Shown in pieces: positions 36,110-50,500 of a DNA stretch of 64,000 nt. Source of the stretch: Botryllus schlosseri (Eukaryota); assembly GCA_051294905.1 (NCBI GenBank), contig CM119372.1, positions 8,372,001 through 8,436,000 of the forward strand, given 5' to 3'. Each line of letters begins with the position of its first letter. Position 1 is the stretch's first letter. Under the pieces are notes generated by a model that saw only the letters and a program-made list of their open reading frames with translations, was not told the origin of the DNA and did not search any database. The position numbers and the translations under genes were made by a program.

Positions 36110-37575
36110 CTAGGCATGAGGTTCACGTTCGCGTTCTGTGTGAGAAGCTCTGGAATTTTGCTGGAAGGTTGGCGTTCACAAGCGAACCTTGGTAGGTTCT
36201 GCAGAGCGAAACTTTTTCAGATAATACAATTTTTCACGTCATTATAACGTATTCGGTTGAAATTCTTTGCATGTCAACTTCGGAACACTATATCTGCATG
36301 TCGCTGGCAGCATGAAAAGAAATTCAGCGCTAAGCGAGTATGCACCTTGCCAATTTCACAGATTATTTGCTCAAAAGTTTGCTCGGAATATTCACCTTTC
36401 CGTTTGTGAATCTTTACTGACTGACTGCTGTGAGCTGTGACCTCAAGAAAGAAACATGCCGCATAAAGGAAGTCAGTGAATTGTGCTTATTGTTAACAAA
36501 TCGCATCAACGAAACTCATAGAAGGAGTGCATGGATGCCTAATGAAAAAATGTCTAATAAACAGAAATTATATAGTACTTATTCAAAATTTTCTTCGCAC
36601 TTCGCGCTTTGGTATAATCAAATGTATAGTTTTTAATATGGGTACCCGCAGCGCACCAAATACTTTTGAAGTTTCGGCCAACATGCGACTTTCCGAAGCG
36701 TATGTTACCGAATAAAACCTTGGCCGAAAATTACACCCGCACCTTGGAAGCGACTGGCGCAGCGTGCCAAGCGACATCAATGGTTGTTGGTTCGAATCGG
36801 CTCCGCAATGTTTGTATGTGTTTATCCGGGGTTTATCCGGGCTCCTCATCGCCGATCCCGCTGTTAACGCAGCGTCTTGAAAAGAGGAAGAGTGAGAAGA
36901 ACTCCGAAGTCGGCAGTATAGACCAGAAAGTGGACGCAAGAAAGCGAGAGAGACTGAAGAATGGGAGTGCGCGTGCAAGAGAAAATCGTCCTCGATATCC
37001 AAATGGCGCACAAGGCCTGAACAGGCGATAAGCGCCACTGTCGTTGTTGTGTCATGATAATAAATAAATAAATAAATAATATAAAAAATAAATAAATAGC
37101 CTATTTTAGGGTTACCATATTTTGGGATCTGGAAAGGAGGACACTTTTCCAAATTGCAAAAGTTAGATTATAACAGTAAAACTTATCTTTCTGTTGATGG
37201 TAAAAAGACTCGCTTTTGGTTTGTGATAATGTGGGGGCTCAAGACCAACGTTTTGGAGGGGCTGCCGAATACTGTTTTAACCCTGGCTATGCTTACTGTA
37301 TCGTAAAAACCAAATCCGTCCGATTTGGGTGTTGGCTATACTGTTTAACTTGCTGTTGAGATAATATCTGGCGCAAGTACAGAAACGAGTGTTTCACTCT
37401 TAAGAAGGCATCTGTCCGCGGTCTAGTCAAGCTCTCGTCGAAATTGTTGGCAAAGCGATTTGTGAAATTATTATAGCATTTGATTGTTCTAGTTGATACA
37501 GTAGGGGGCGTTTAAGAAGTCAGCATGAACTTCAGCATTGTCGTATAATGTGGCCGAGTCGTCACTAGTTATCAC
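36110..37575. mobile_element. hAT family 2, older interrupted copy
   Basis: GAGGTTCACGTTCGCGTTCTGTGTGA at ~36118 and ATGTGGCCGAGTCGTC at ~37548 are collinear with 2988-4639. Interrupted by a SINE and other DNA. Confidence 0.6.
36744..37097 (+). mobile_element. tRNA-derived SINE with (TAAA)n tail
   Basis: A box TGGCGCAGCGTG, B box GGTTCGAATC, core GGTTTATCCGGGCTCCTC and a TAAA-repeat tail. Confidence 0.65.
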
Positions 37576-37983
37576 TAGGGCAAGTTTTTGTTGTAGTTAA
37601 ATCCGTGGAAAGTTGCATTTTTTGTTGCACTAAGTTGCACTAAAAGACCACATTTTGCTCGGTTGACTTCCCAGATTGACTAAAAAAAAAGTCAACTTTC
37701 CGGGTCAGCTCCCGAAATACCCGTTAGAGCGTTACTTCAGTGCTGATTTACGGTATATCAGACGAATTTGGCCGTGTATTTCACCAAAATCGAAACTACT
37801 TTCATGCAAAATCGAAAAAGTTGCAAAATATTGCAAAAAGTTGCATGAAAAAAAATGGACAAAAGTTGCACTATAAGATTCCTTCACACAGGTAAAAACA
37901 GCATTCTACATATCTTCCGAGTATTTAGGAAGCTGTCGTCAGCTGTAAAAAAATAGTTGCAAAAGTTGAAAAAACTTGCCCTC
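37576..37983. mobile_element. hAT MITE with AAGTTGCA subterminal repeats
   Basis: TIR TAGGGCAAGTTTTT / AAAAACTTGCCCTC. Perfect 8-bp TSD GTTATCAC. Confidence 0.85.
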
Positions 37984-38527
37984 GTTATCACGTATACAAC
38001 TTTACGGAAATGTAGGGTTAGAATTAGCAAACATTGTTCGAACAATCGGAGAGTTGCAACGGGTCATTGTTATAGCCATTGTGTTGCGGTTACCCGATTG
38101 TTCTGAACAATGTCGATATTTCAGACTTGGAGGACAGATTCTAGGTGGATCATTGCCTGATCATTATTTTAATTTATATTTTCGGAATCGGTGCAACAGT
38201 AGCTTTCGATCAAGACTAGATTCAGTAATTTCTGCGCTCGGGAAGATAGCTTTTGGATTGCCAGAAATCCTACAGTCGCTTACGCGAAACAACTCTCCAC
38301 TCCAGCCTCAGCGAAACAGCAAAAGCTGCAAAATCGGTCGTTGCCGTTCCATGTTTAATTTCTATACTCTCACCAAGCGATATTAAAAATAATTGAAATC
38401 CGTTTTAGATAGAATAGCTGTCGGAGTATATGCAAATGGACGAAAATACTATGATGCAGGGTGAGATTTTAGTTGATTTTCGAGCGGGAGAAGACTGCTC
38501 TGCAAAATATGTTGCAAAGCTAAAACA

Positions 38528-38907
38528 GGGGAGATAGTGTAGTGGTTACGATAAGCGCCCAGCACGCAGGCGAACCGCGTCCGATTCCCGCCGGAGGTTT
38601 ATCTGGGCTCCTCTTTCCCTGCCGTTGCCATTCTTACGGCGACAAAAAAGACCCGACGAAAGAAAGGATGAATGGAAAAGAACTAGTAGAAAGGACCACG
38701 GCTTCAAAGAGATCAACATCGAAAAAGAACTGTGACATCGGGCACTCTAGGCCGAGGTGGATGTTAGAGTAAAGGATCGCTACTGATGCGTGTCGTTCTA
38801 CATCCTCCTATCCGTTCATGACATCGCATTGTGTCTTATCGCATTGTACATTGTGTGTGACTTGTTCAGATAAAAATATAACCCAACCATGTTATATGTT
38901 ATGTTAA
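38528..38907 (+). mobile_element. tRNA-derived SINE
   Basis: A box TAGTGTAGTGG, B-box-like GTCCGATTCC, core GAGGTTTATCTGGGCTCCTC and an (ATGTT)n-like tail. Confidence 0.6.
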
Positions 38908-39559
38908 GCTAAAATAGCAAGCAACAAAATATTAAGCACAAAAGTCACGAGAAACCGGTGGGGATTGTAAGAAGGTGCAAGATGGTAAGGGAATCCAACC
39001 CCGAGAAAGTTAAAGTTCCCATCGACGATATTCTCCTAGCTATGAACAGTCGACGCGCGCGTCCACAATCTTATAGTCCCATTTCCTTGGGTATTTGGTG
39101 GAAAACATATGACACGTCACTCACTTTGCTACCACATCATACAACAGCACGGACTCTCCCTGCCAGAAATTTCGCAAAGGCACTATGTCAAGCAATGACG
39201 CACTATGTCGAGTTACCTTGCAACCATAGAGATCGCACGTGTGTTATAGTACATATTTTCAAATCTCCTAGTCTCAATTCGAAAACAGTGGCTTTCTGAA
39301 GAGAATGGCGCCAATGGCTATTTCAAGTTGAGACCACATCATGTTTAGAGCGCAGGTCCCCTTCGTCACGCCATCTGGTGTCACGTAATAAAACGAAATG
39401 TAAATGATGTAATTTGATTCAATCCATAAATCATGTGACTTGAATGGATGGATGCACGCGCGTCTGGTGCTACGCACTTTGTCCAAGGGACCAGACAGTG
39501 AGCTGGTGTGTTTGAGCGGACTTGTGAAGAATGATAGGGAACTTTGGTTACCATAGTTG

Positions 39560-39850
39560 TGGATGAGTCAGCAGACTTCGCATATAGATAGTTGCATTCT
39601 TCGCCTCTGCATGTCGTCGTAAGCACTCTCTTTGGCGGTGGTAATTTCTGCAATTCATCAGATAATGTTTAACGGTTTCATCAACACCTGACATACTTCG
39701 CACAGTTGTGAGTCGCTGCATATCCGATCTGGTTCAAATGGTAATTTAGTCTGCCATGCATCATTCTTGACCGCAGAACAGTCGAGTTCCCGAACCTTGT
39801 ATCCACATCAGGTATAGTCTCATTAGTCTGTCTTGAGCTGAGGATCGCAG
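39560..39850 (-). pseudogene. Non-LTR retrotransposon (LINE) ORF2 C-terminal zinc-binding relic
   Basis: Frameshifted RMMHGRLNYHLNQIGYAATHNC / VDETVKHYLMNCRNYHRQR matches the LINE motif H..LN.HL..IG...C..C...ET..H.L..C. Confidence 0.65.
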
Positions 39851-40079
39851 ATAATAAAGTTCGTAGGCCTACATCAAGGGTCGCCAACTCAATACGGCTC
39901 GCTGGCCACTTTTCAAATTTCGTAGCGGCCGCGGGCCGCATGAATGCCATATCGATATAAACTAGGCAACCACGTTTTAAAACTCTACGTCAGTACAACG
40001 CCGTGCTACCTAACATAGGCAATGGGCATAGTAACCACAAGAGAAAAAATATTATAGTAGTTATATAGATCGGTCGTGA

Positions 40080-40565
40080 GGTGGCAGGGGCTCTTATGGG
40101 CGCGGTGGCACGGTGCCGCGAAAACTCGTGGTGGCACGGTGACCCTTATGTCTTATGGCTGCGGCGGCACGGTGCCATTGTGTCTTATGGTTGTGGTGGC
40201 ATGGTTACCTTTTCGGGTATAGGCTGCGGTGGCACGGTGACCCTTATCTCTTATGGGTGCGGTCGCACATCGTATGGAAAACTCGTGGTGGCACATCGTA
40301 CTTTTGGACCCCCCCCCTCTCGGTCGCACATCGTAATGCGTTCTTATGGGTGCGCTCGCATATCGTACTTTCAGGTATACGCATCTGTCGCATATCGTAT
40401 TGAAAACTCGTGTTGGCACATCGTACTTTTAGGTATAGGCATCTGTCGCACGTCGTACTTTCGCATGTCGTATTTCGCGTATAGGCGGTGGTGGTGACTC
40501 GCCATGTGTTCTTATGGGTGCGGCCGTGAATCGCCCTTTCGTGTATAGCCATCTGTCGCACGGTG
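40080..40565. repeat. GC-rich subterminal repeats of B (mirror at ~53593-54079)
   Basis: Recurring TCTTATGG, GGTGGCACGGTG and GCACATCGTACTTT units. Confidence 0.8.
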
Positions 40566-40879
40566 TTGAATATGTATCAGATAAATAGTCATGTGAATGT
40601 ACCTTTGTTAATGTGTATATCGTAAATTATTATATATGATGTAGCTCAGTCGTGACAAATGACCGATCGTGTTCTAAGTCTTTCCTCGCTATTGATCGCT
40701 AGCTGAATAGTACTTTCAGATCGGATTATTCGCACCTTGTATACCGCTGTTTCGCACCTACAGAATAGTCTGCTGTTGACAGTCGTGACTTCACCGCGAT
40801 AGCGCAATTTTCGAATCAGTCGCATGGTAATGTTTTGCTATTTAGTTTACCACAGAGCCGGTGTAGACGACGACGATTC

Positions 40880-41470
40880 GAATACCAACAATAGCCGCGT
40901 TCACATACTAACACTCCAAAAAGGTGTGAAATATTTCCTACGACCACTCACAAGATAGCACATCAGAATAGTCATCTCTCGTGGTTTGATGTTACAAAGA
41001 TAGGGATCACGCACAAGTAATATTTTGGTAATAAGTTTGTCACATAACCGGCGCTTCCAATACCAACAATAGCCGCGTTCACATATTAACACTCCAAATA
41101 GGTGTGAAATAGTTTGCAAACCAGGCGATCGCTGACAAGATAATGTCTCAGACATACGCGACTTGATGTTACAGGCATATCGATCGCTCACGCGGTGAAA
41201 TTTTCGTAAGCAGTTTGTCACAGAACTCGTAAAGATTTAATAAGTAACGAATAACAGACCCCCAGTGTCGGTAACTTGAATAGCGACAAATTGTCACTTA
41301 TTTCTACTCTAACCCTAATCCTTTGTGAAGTGTACGCTTATTCAAAAAGGTGCGAAATAATTCTAAAATCCTACGATCGCTCACAAGATAACACCTATAA
41401 GACATAACCATCTCTCGTGACTTGTGGTTACATACATTGCAATCGCTACAATGTAATATGTTGGTAGTTT
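40880..41470. repeat. ~178-bp tandem repeat, ~3 diverged units (mirror at ~52688-53278)
   Basis: AATACCAACAATAGCCGCGTTCACATA.TAACACTCCAAA.AGGTGTGAAATA at 40881 and 41059, partial at ~41340. Confidence 0.75.
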
Positions 41471-44400
41471 GGTGCAGAACTGGATTTCACGAGTCTGATA
41501 TAATATGAATATTACCTATTAAGTAATAAGCACCGAATAACAGAACCGTCGCAGACGGTGACTTGAATATCCAAGATTTGATACTTTTCGCGATCGCTAT
41601 ATGTTTCACGTTCACTTTAGTTGTATGACAAGAATCATGCGAATATTCAAGCAATGTATCAATTTGACAACTTGAAATGAAACTTACTACACAGCTCAAG
41701 TTGATTCGTATCTGAATGTGTTAATCCGGTACAATTCTAATTAATTTGAGAAATCTTTTTAACGTGATCTTTTGATTCGATCGTAACCTGAATATTACTG
41801 ACGCCGACTTTCAGTCACATTGAATTATTCACACATTCGCGCCGCTGTTTTCACGCCTATAGAATCAATACCAACTATAACTCTACAAGAATCAAGAATC
41901 ACAAGTATGTGCATTATACAGTTATTGTCGTTGTCAACTTCAAATCAAACTCTTGATACAAACACGCATCTTATCACTTGTCAACTCTATCATGAAAATC
42001 CTCGAACCTGTATTATTAAGAATGTTATAGTACGGCGTCGGAATCCACTCGCGAGATGTACTAAAGGTAAATTGAGATCACCCAAAATGAAATATTTGGA
42101 CTTTGACATAGTCTGAATTGCAATAGATTGACAAACATGACTACCAACTTTCAACCCATACATATTTAGAGATTATGCGCATGTTGATTTGAAACAAGTA
42201 ATGACCATACAACTCTATTCACGACTGAGTTTTCCGTTTGTCAAATAGAGTTTCAGTAAATAATTTCACTATACTATCATGATATTCAAATGTGTTACCA
42301 CACACAATACAATCAATCAATGAAATAGCACCTGTTGTAAATATTTCTTACTTGACAACCACTTGTACATACCGCGATCGAGTTGCGACACGATGAGTTA
42401 AATCGGAATATTTCCATCTATTTGTCGAAACCTTGTACAAGCTATCTGGTTATTTTTTCGTTGCAATTGAGTTAACGGAAATAGTATTACGTCTCGACAT
42501 CTTACCATCTTACCATACTCCAAAAAGCCACCAAGGAAAAACCTAGTCAAGTAAATCGTTTGTAACTCACCCAATCAACTCAAACAGTATCAGTATGAAA
42601 ACAGTCAAGCATACACGAGTCCATACAATCGCCACAATCTAAAATCCATAGCAAGTTCGGTTTTAGGCATATACCGTCAACTCGTCTTTTTTGTTCAACT
42701 GTAAAAGTCGTTACTATTCTGCGAGACAAAGAAATTACTATGCGGTATATTTTGTAAGATAAAAGTAATTACTTCTCGGTGCCGGCGACTTGAGATTAAC
42801 ATAATATGTTTGAGTATGCGAGATTTGAAAGTCTGCCCAACATGTTGAGAATTCATTTCTTACAATCGAACGCAGGTGTTATATTGAAAATTATCATGAT
42901 GTAAACATAAGGATTGACACATTGATTTGACGTATGTAATAGTTGATCACGACTTGATTATTAAATTATTCGCGTTAATTAGACCCGCGTTGTGTTGAAA
43001 GTTATGACAGCAACAAACTTTTCGGAAACATTGTTATTAACATATTGATTTGTAAAACTATACTTGTCTGAAATGTTCTTGATTTGGAAGATATTCCGTG
43101 TCGGTACAAATCACTCTGCGTATTGCGGATATCAGCAAATATTTTACAAATGTAATTGTTTCCAGTACCCAAGACTAAAGATGAAACAACAATTTAGTTT
43201 GCTGATAAACAACCGGTACAATACTTTATCATCATATTCCGCGGTGAGAATTGAAACACTTTCGCGCATTACACGATGTCAAGATATCACACTAGGTGAA
43301 TTGGCATACCGCCGCTTGAATAATACCTAATCCGTTCGCACCATTTCACATACTTTGATCATTACAAAAGTAAATTGTGATATGTTTGTTAGATGCATCC
43401 AATTCAGTTAGAAATGTCTGGTGCACAACAATCGTAATATCAAAAAAGTACTTGCTACACTGTTATTTGCTAAACGTGTTTTGCATTGTTGTTCATTTGT
43501 AGTATTGATTGAAATTGTTCTTGAACCCTCAAATAATAATTCCTGACATGAAACCAAGCCGCTGAAAGTCGTTACCATCACGAAGATACAATGTGTACGA
43601 TGTTTGTCAAATGAGTCCTACCTGGCCAACAGAAAACAATTTTCACTCACTCGAAATGAAACCAATGTGATGGTCTCCAAACGATATTTTGTTTGTGTCA
43701 AATACTTTGCAATGAACACATTTGTGTGGTTGAGCTTTACATCATCAAGCTGTTATTTGTAAATCAAGATTTCGGTAAACTTGTAAATGTATCGTTTAAC
43801 TAACCGACATTTAGTGATTGGGGAACATACCAGACGATACACACCCGTCTCCGAAATACTGCATTGATCTTAATTTCCATCATCGTGATAATCGAAGTAC
43901 ATTTCTTTCGAATTCGTAACAACCGACTATGACATGATAAATTTTTGACAAGTTATGCTTGGAAGATTGGTTGCATATCGCGAAAAAAAAATAATATACC
44001 ACTCATATTGATACTGTTACTCCATTGATCGATATTTTCAAACGAGTAAAATTTATTACTTGAGTGTCCCCGCTTAATGTAAATGAAAACTCAGCCGTCT
44101 TTTAACATCACAAAGACATTGATAAAAAGTAGGCAATCAAACACAACACTTTGTACGACACTAATTATTGTTCCACACATCTCATTTCATACTAAATGTA
44201 TACGAAAGATATTCATGACACATGAAAATATTCCCATGCTACAAACCTGTACAATGATCGGTGGTGCTTTCAAACTGTTTCGATATCACAAGAACTTTAT
44301 TGTCTGAATGGGTGTTCATGTATCTTAATAATCAAATAGTTCAACACAGAACTAGTACGAACAGAAACATCAGAGTTGTTTACACAAAAGTTTGTATGTG

Positions 44401-45389
44401 CACAGTATGCGAATACCATGTGTAAGTCCAGCACAATTGCGGTATCCATCCGAGTTTAGTTAACGCAAATTTATTACAACAAGCCACGTAAACTTTCGTG
44501 AAAGAAAAGCATACTCACTTCCAGAGGGTTATGTCAACGCCATAGCAGTAAATCAGCTACTCCAACAAGAAAGTACATATGTTTTCTAGTCACGGTCCTT
44601 ACATCTTTCACATAGATCAATCTACTTTGCTAACGAAAAGTGCTGAGTCATCACATGATTGCCCTCACAACAAAACAGCTAGAAGATATTATCATACAAA
44701 AATATTCCTAACCCTTTGCGCACCAGTGACAAATCATACAACAAACATTTTTTGTGAGTCGAATTGTTGTTCAGTGTCAAGTCTACCTGTTGAAACGTAC
44801 ATTAAAACAACACAGTCACAATTCAATTAAAACCACGAATCTATTTTCATTTCGTCACATACAGAAAAATAAATTTTCTTTCCCCAACACATACTTGTAA
44901 CCAATCGCTTTCATTAAACACACAACTCCATAAAAGTATGTAATTTCTACAACATAGACATTCCGACGTAGTCAAGAAATATTTTTATTAATCAAAATCA
45001 TCGACTTCTGTTTACGGTGTTAGTGTGTGCATGTCATACACGTGGGGCCCGTATTAAAATGGACACGACACAACTGAATGTAAGGAGATAGAAGTCTATC
45101 GCATAGATTTACATGTGGTCTTCGCTACGGTTTCAAAAAAAAAAAACGAATCATCTCTTTTGCATTGATCTAGACCGAGCAAGTTAGTTAATGACCATGA
45201 TTGTGTTTGTCATATGCGAATGATAGGGTTACTGTCAAATCTACATACAACAACCTTCAGGCACTCTTAATAGCGATTTCATTCTCTCCCTTCGTAGTCA
45301 TATACCCCCAACTCGGCTTTTTTGTTCATCGACAGCTGCGTTTAACAAGACCAACGACACTGAACCCACGACGTTTACCTATGTAAAAT

Positions 45390-45900
45390 TACCACTTTCA
45401 CTTGGCAGTCCGTCGTTTACCTGGATAAACATATCATTTTCACTTGGAAATATATTTTTTCCTTGGCTAACAAACCTTTTTTCACTTGGAAATCTATTTT
45501 TTCCTTGGCTAACAAACCTTTTTTCACTTGTAAATATGTTTTTTCCTTGGCTAACAAACCTTTTTTCACTTGGAAATCTATTTTTTCTCTGGTTAACAAA
45601 CCTTTTTCCCCGGGTAACAAACCTTTTTCCCTGAGCAACAAGCCATTTTCACTTGGTGGTCCGTCGTTTACCTGAGTAAAAATATCATTTTCCTTTGGGG
45701 ATCTGGCGTTTACCCGGTGTAACAATACATTTTCGCTTGGAAAAATACTTTTACCTAGAGTAACTAATCATTTTCTCCTGGGTAACAATCCCTTTTCGTC
45801 TGGAAACTATCATCTAACTGAGTACCAATACCGTTTTCACTTGGAAATACATTTTTTCCCTGGGTAACAATACCATTTTCGTTTTGAAAACTGACAACCA
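45390..45900. repeat. 21/42-bp minisatellite (mirror at ~48258-48768)
   Basis: The 42-bp unit TTTTTTCACTTGGAAATCTATTTTTTCCTTGGCTAACAAACC repeats about 4 times, with degenerate 21-bp units around it. Confidence 0.85.
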
Positions 45901-47551
45901 CACCGGTCAATTTGATATTTTTGTATATTGTTACAACGAACAGTGACGGAAATATACACAGACTACCGGTTTCAGAGTACACCCCATCGGTCGTATCACG
46001 TCAATATCATCGGTTAACCACATACAATATACTCTTGTACACCGAAATGCACGCTTTGGAAAATTGGACAATAGGCTGCGATAGTTCTGTGATGTCCGGG
46101 TTCGTGCTTTAGATTTTCCAGAGTCAAAATGTCTGAATAAAACACCTCCTCGACGACGGTTGGTATGTGGATAACGGTGTTCGGAAAACGGTTGGATTTT
46201 TGTCGCCCATCGCGATAACAATTCCTGGTCGAGTTTTCCTCCGGCATGTTTGCTATATTGTGTCTTTATTGGTCAATGTATGTCTCGACATTCAGTTTGA
46301 AATCGGAAATGATAAAGTATGTAACCGGATCCGGATATCAACTCTGAATCGATAAACCAATGAACAATATTCAAAGTAAACATGTTACACCCTGTGTTTC
46401 CACGAAAAAATACCATCCAGACATACGTCGCGCTTGTTTGCCCACATCAGTATACGCGTAAATGGAGGTGTGTGACATTGCATGCAATGTGTTGGTATAC
46501 AAACATCGATCCACAGACATTATCATAACCGGTAGTTTTGATGTAGATCGAATGTCACCTGATAACAATGTCATACCAATAAGCCACATTGCAATGACTT
46601 TGAGTCAATCTGAAGCATGACATACAGACACACAAACATAGAAACCGTAACATGGGTATTCGCACGACTACCTTTGACAGGGAAAGTGAACTGTACAGTA
46701 CATACCAATATTGTGATCACAGTCAAATATGCGAACCGTGCACAATCATATACCCAGGTTTTTGTTGGATATGTACGAAACCGATAAATCGATACATTTC
46801 TTTTCCCTGGACATCAATAATACAATCGCCATTCAAATACATCACTCGAATGTGAGGTTCGTCTGGTGTAAAATCCATATCAAATAACACCAAAGTGTGC
46901 CTTCCGTGTTTTATCATTTCCACCGACGCTTCTTGTCTGTGTCGTAACACTATGGTGTGGGGACTTGAAAAACGACAGATTGTAAAACGGATTGACATGA
47001 CCAACTGAATCGATGTCAATAGCCTTGTGGTGATGACAGTATCAAAATGCTACCGATATGACGAGACCAACCCGATCTCTTGTAGCGATGACCGTTTCGA
47101 AATGTCACCGAACGAAATGGACCCTTACGATGATGTATTTTATGATTGTGTGTGAAATAACGAGGCAGTGTTTGTTCTATTGTGGTGTACGATTGCAGTC
47201 TTCATTCCACAGAAACACACCTTATTGGATCACAGTATCAGTCCGAGATTTGCAGAATCACTGTTCACGATATTTATCTGGAGTCGTTATGTGGGAGTAG
47301 CGACGTCCATACATCGTGACTGAAAGACTGATTGCAATCATTTCGAGCACCCGTGATTCGATAGTTCACCTTGGTCAAACGCTGCAGCAGAAACCTTCGG
47401 TGTCGACATCACGCTGGATATTGCCCGATGTATCCAATTGGTCTGGGTGGTCTGTCTGGAGATAGGGTCATGACTATCTTGTAATGTTACAACGCGATAA
47501 AACCATCGACTAAATCAGTGAACGATGTCGAAATATCGATGTAATAGCGCG

Positions 47552-50500
47552 GACTCAGAGTCATTGCAATGTGGCTTATTGGTATGACATTGTTATCAGG
47601 TGACATTCGATCTACATCAAAACTACCGGTTATGATAATGTCTGTGGATCGATGTTTGTATACCAACACATTGCATGCAATGTCACACACCTCCATTTAC
47701 GCGTATACTGATGTGGGCAAACAAGCGCGACGTATGTCTGGATGGTATTTTTTCGTGGAAACACAGGGTGTAACATGTTTACTTTGAATATTGTTCATTG
47801 GTTTATCGATTCAGAGTTGATATCCGGATCCGGTTACATACTTTATCATTTCCGATTTCAAACTGAATGTCGAGACATACATTGACCAATAAAGACACAA
47901 TATAGCAAACATGCCGGAGGAAAACTCGACCAGGAATTGTTATCGCGATGGGCGACAAAAATCCAACCGTTTTCCGAACACCGTTATCCACATACCAACC
48001 GTCGTCGAGGAGGTGTTTTATTCAGACATTTTGACTCTGGAAAATCTAAAGCACGAACCCGGACATCACAGAACTATCGCAGCCTATTGTCCAATTTTCC
48101 AAAGCGTGCATTTCGGTGTACAAGAGTATATTGTATGTGGTTAACCGATGATATTGACGTGATACGACCGATGGGGTGTACTCTGAAACCGGTAGTCTGT
48201 GTATATTTCCGTCACTGTTCGTTGTAACAATATACAAAAATATCAAATTGACCGGTGTGGTTGTCAGTTTTCAAAACGAAAATGGTATTGTTACCCAGGG
48301 AAAAAATGTATTTCCAAGTGAAAACGGTATTGGTACTCAGTTAGATGATAGTTTCCAGACGAAAAGGGATTGTTACCCAGGAGAAAATGATTAGTTACTC
48401 TAGGTAAAAGTATTTTTCCAAGCGAAAATGTATTGTTACACCGGGTAAACGCCAGATCCCCAAAGGAAAATGATATTTTTACTCAGGTAAACGACGGACC
48501 ACCAAGTGAAAATGGCTTGTTGCTCAGGGAAAAAGGTTTGTTACCCGGGGAAAAAGGTTTGTTAACCAGAGAAAAAATAGATTTCCAAGTGAAAAAAGGT
48601 TTGTTAGCCAAGGAAAAAACATATTTACAAGTGAAAAAAGGTTTGTTAGCCAAGGAAAAAATAGATTTCCAAGTGAAAAAAGGTTTGTTAGCCAAGGAAA
48701 AAATATATTTCCAAGTGAAAATGATATGTTTATCCAGGTAAACGACGGACTGCCAAGTGAAAGTGGTAATTTTACATAGGTAAACGTCGTGGGTTCAGTG
48801 TCGTTGGTCTTGTTAAACGCAGCTGTCGATGAACAAAAAAGCCGAGTTGGGGGTATATGACTACGAAGGGAGAGAATGAAATCGCTATTAAGAGTGCCTG
48901 AAGGTTGTTGTATGTAGATTTGACAGTAACCCTATCATTCGCATATGACAAACACAATCATGGTCATTAACTAACTTGCTCGGTCTAGATCAATGCAAAA
49001 GAGATGATTCGTTTTTTTTTTTTGAAACCGTAGCGAAGACCACATGTAAATCTATGCGATAGACTTCTATCTCCTTACATTCAGTTGTGTCGTGTCCATT
49101 TTAATACGGGCCCCACGTGTATGACATGCACACACTAACACCGTAAACAGAAGTCGATGATTTTGATTAATAAAAATATTTCTTGACTACGTCGGAATGT
49201 CTATGTTGTAGAAATTACATACTTTTATGGAGTTGTGTGTTTAATGAAAGCGATTGGTTACAAGTATGTGTTGGGGAAAGAAAATTTATTTTTCTGTATG
49301 TGACGAAATGAAAATAGATTCGTGGTTTTAATTGAATTGTGACTGTGTTGTTTTAATGTACGTTTCAACAGGTAGACTTGACACTGAACAACAATTCGAC
49401 TCACAAAAAATGTTTGTTGTATGATTTGTCACTGGTGCGCAAAGGGTTAGGAATATTTTTGTATGATAATATCTTCTAGCTGTTTTGTTGTGAGGGCAAT
49501 CATGTGATGACTCAGCACTTTTCGTTAGCAAAGTAGATTGATCTATGTGAAAGATGTAAGGACCGTGACTAGAAAACATATGTACTTTCTTGTTGGAGTA
49601 GCTGATTTACTGCTATGGCGTTGACATAACCCTCTGGAAGTGAGTATGCTTTTCTTTCACGAAAGTTTACGTGGCTTGTTGTAATAAATTTGCGTTAACT
49701 AAACTCGGATGGATACCGCAATTGTGCTGGACTTACACATGGTATTCGCATACTGTGCACATACAAACTTTTGTGTAAACAACTCTGATGTTTCTGTTCG
49801 TACTAGTTCTGTGTTGAACTATTTGATTATTAAGATACATGAACACCCATTCAGACAATAAAGTTCTTGTGATATCGAAACAGTTTGAAAGCACCACCGA
49901 TCATTGTACAGGTTTGTAGCATGGGAATATTTTCATGTGTCATGAATATCTTTCGTATACATTTAGTATGAAATGAGATGTGTGGAACAATAATTAGTGT
50001 CGTACAAAGTGTTGTGTTTGATTGCCTACTTTTTATCAATGTCTTTGTGATGTTAAAAGACGGCTGAGTTTTCATTTACATTAAGCGGGGACACTCAAGT
50101 AATAAATTTTACTCGTTTGAAAATATCGATCAATGGAGTAACAGTATCAATATGAGTGGTATATTATTTTTTTTTCGCGATATGCAACCAATCTTCCAAG
50201 CATAACTTGTCAAAAATTTATCATGTCATAGTCGGTTGTTACGAATTCGAAAGAAATGTACTTCGATTATCACGATGATGGAAATTAAGATCAATGCAGT
50301 ATTTCGGAGATGGGTGTGTATCGTCTGGTATGTTCCCCAATCACTAAATGTCGGTTAGTTAAACGATACATTTACAAGTTTACCGAAATCTTGATTTACA
50401 AATAACAGCTTGATGATGTAAAGCTCAACCACACAAATGTGTTCATTGCAAAGTATTTGACACAAACAAAATATCGTTTGGAGACCATCACATTGGTTTC

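Larger units (their letters stand above)
40056..46606 (+). repeat. Left inverted arm of element B (~6,551 bp)
   Basis: Reverse complement of 47552-54103 (x pairs with 94158-x; one poly-C/G indel near 40310/53840). Confidence 0.95.
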
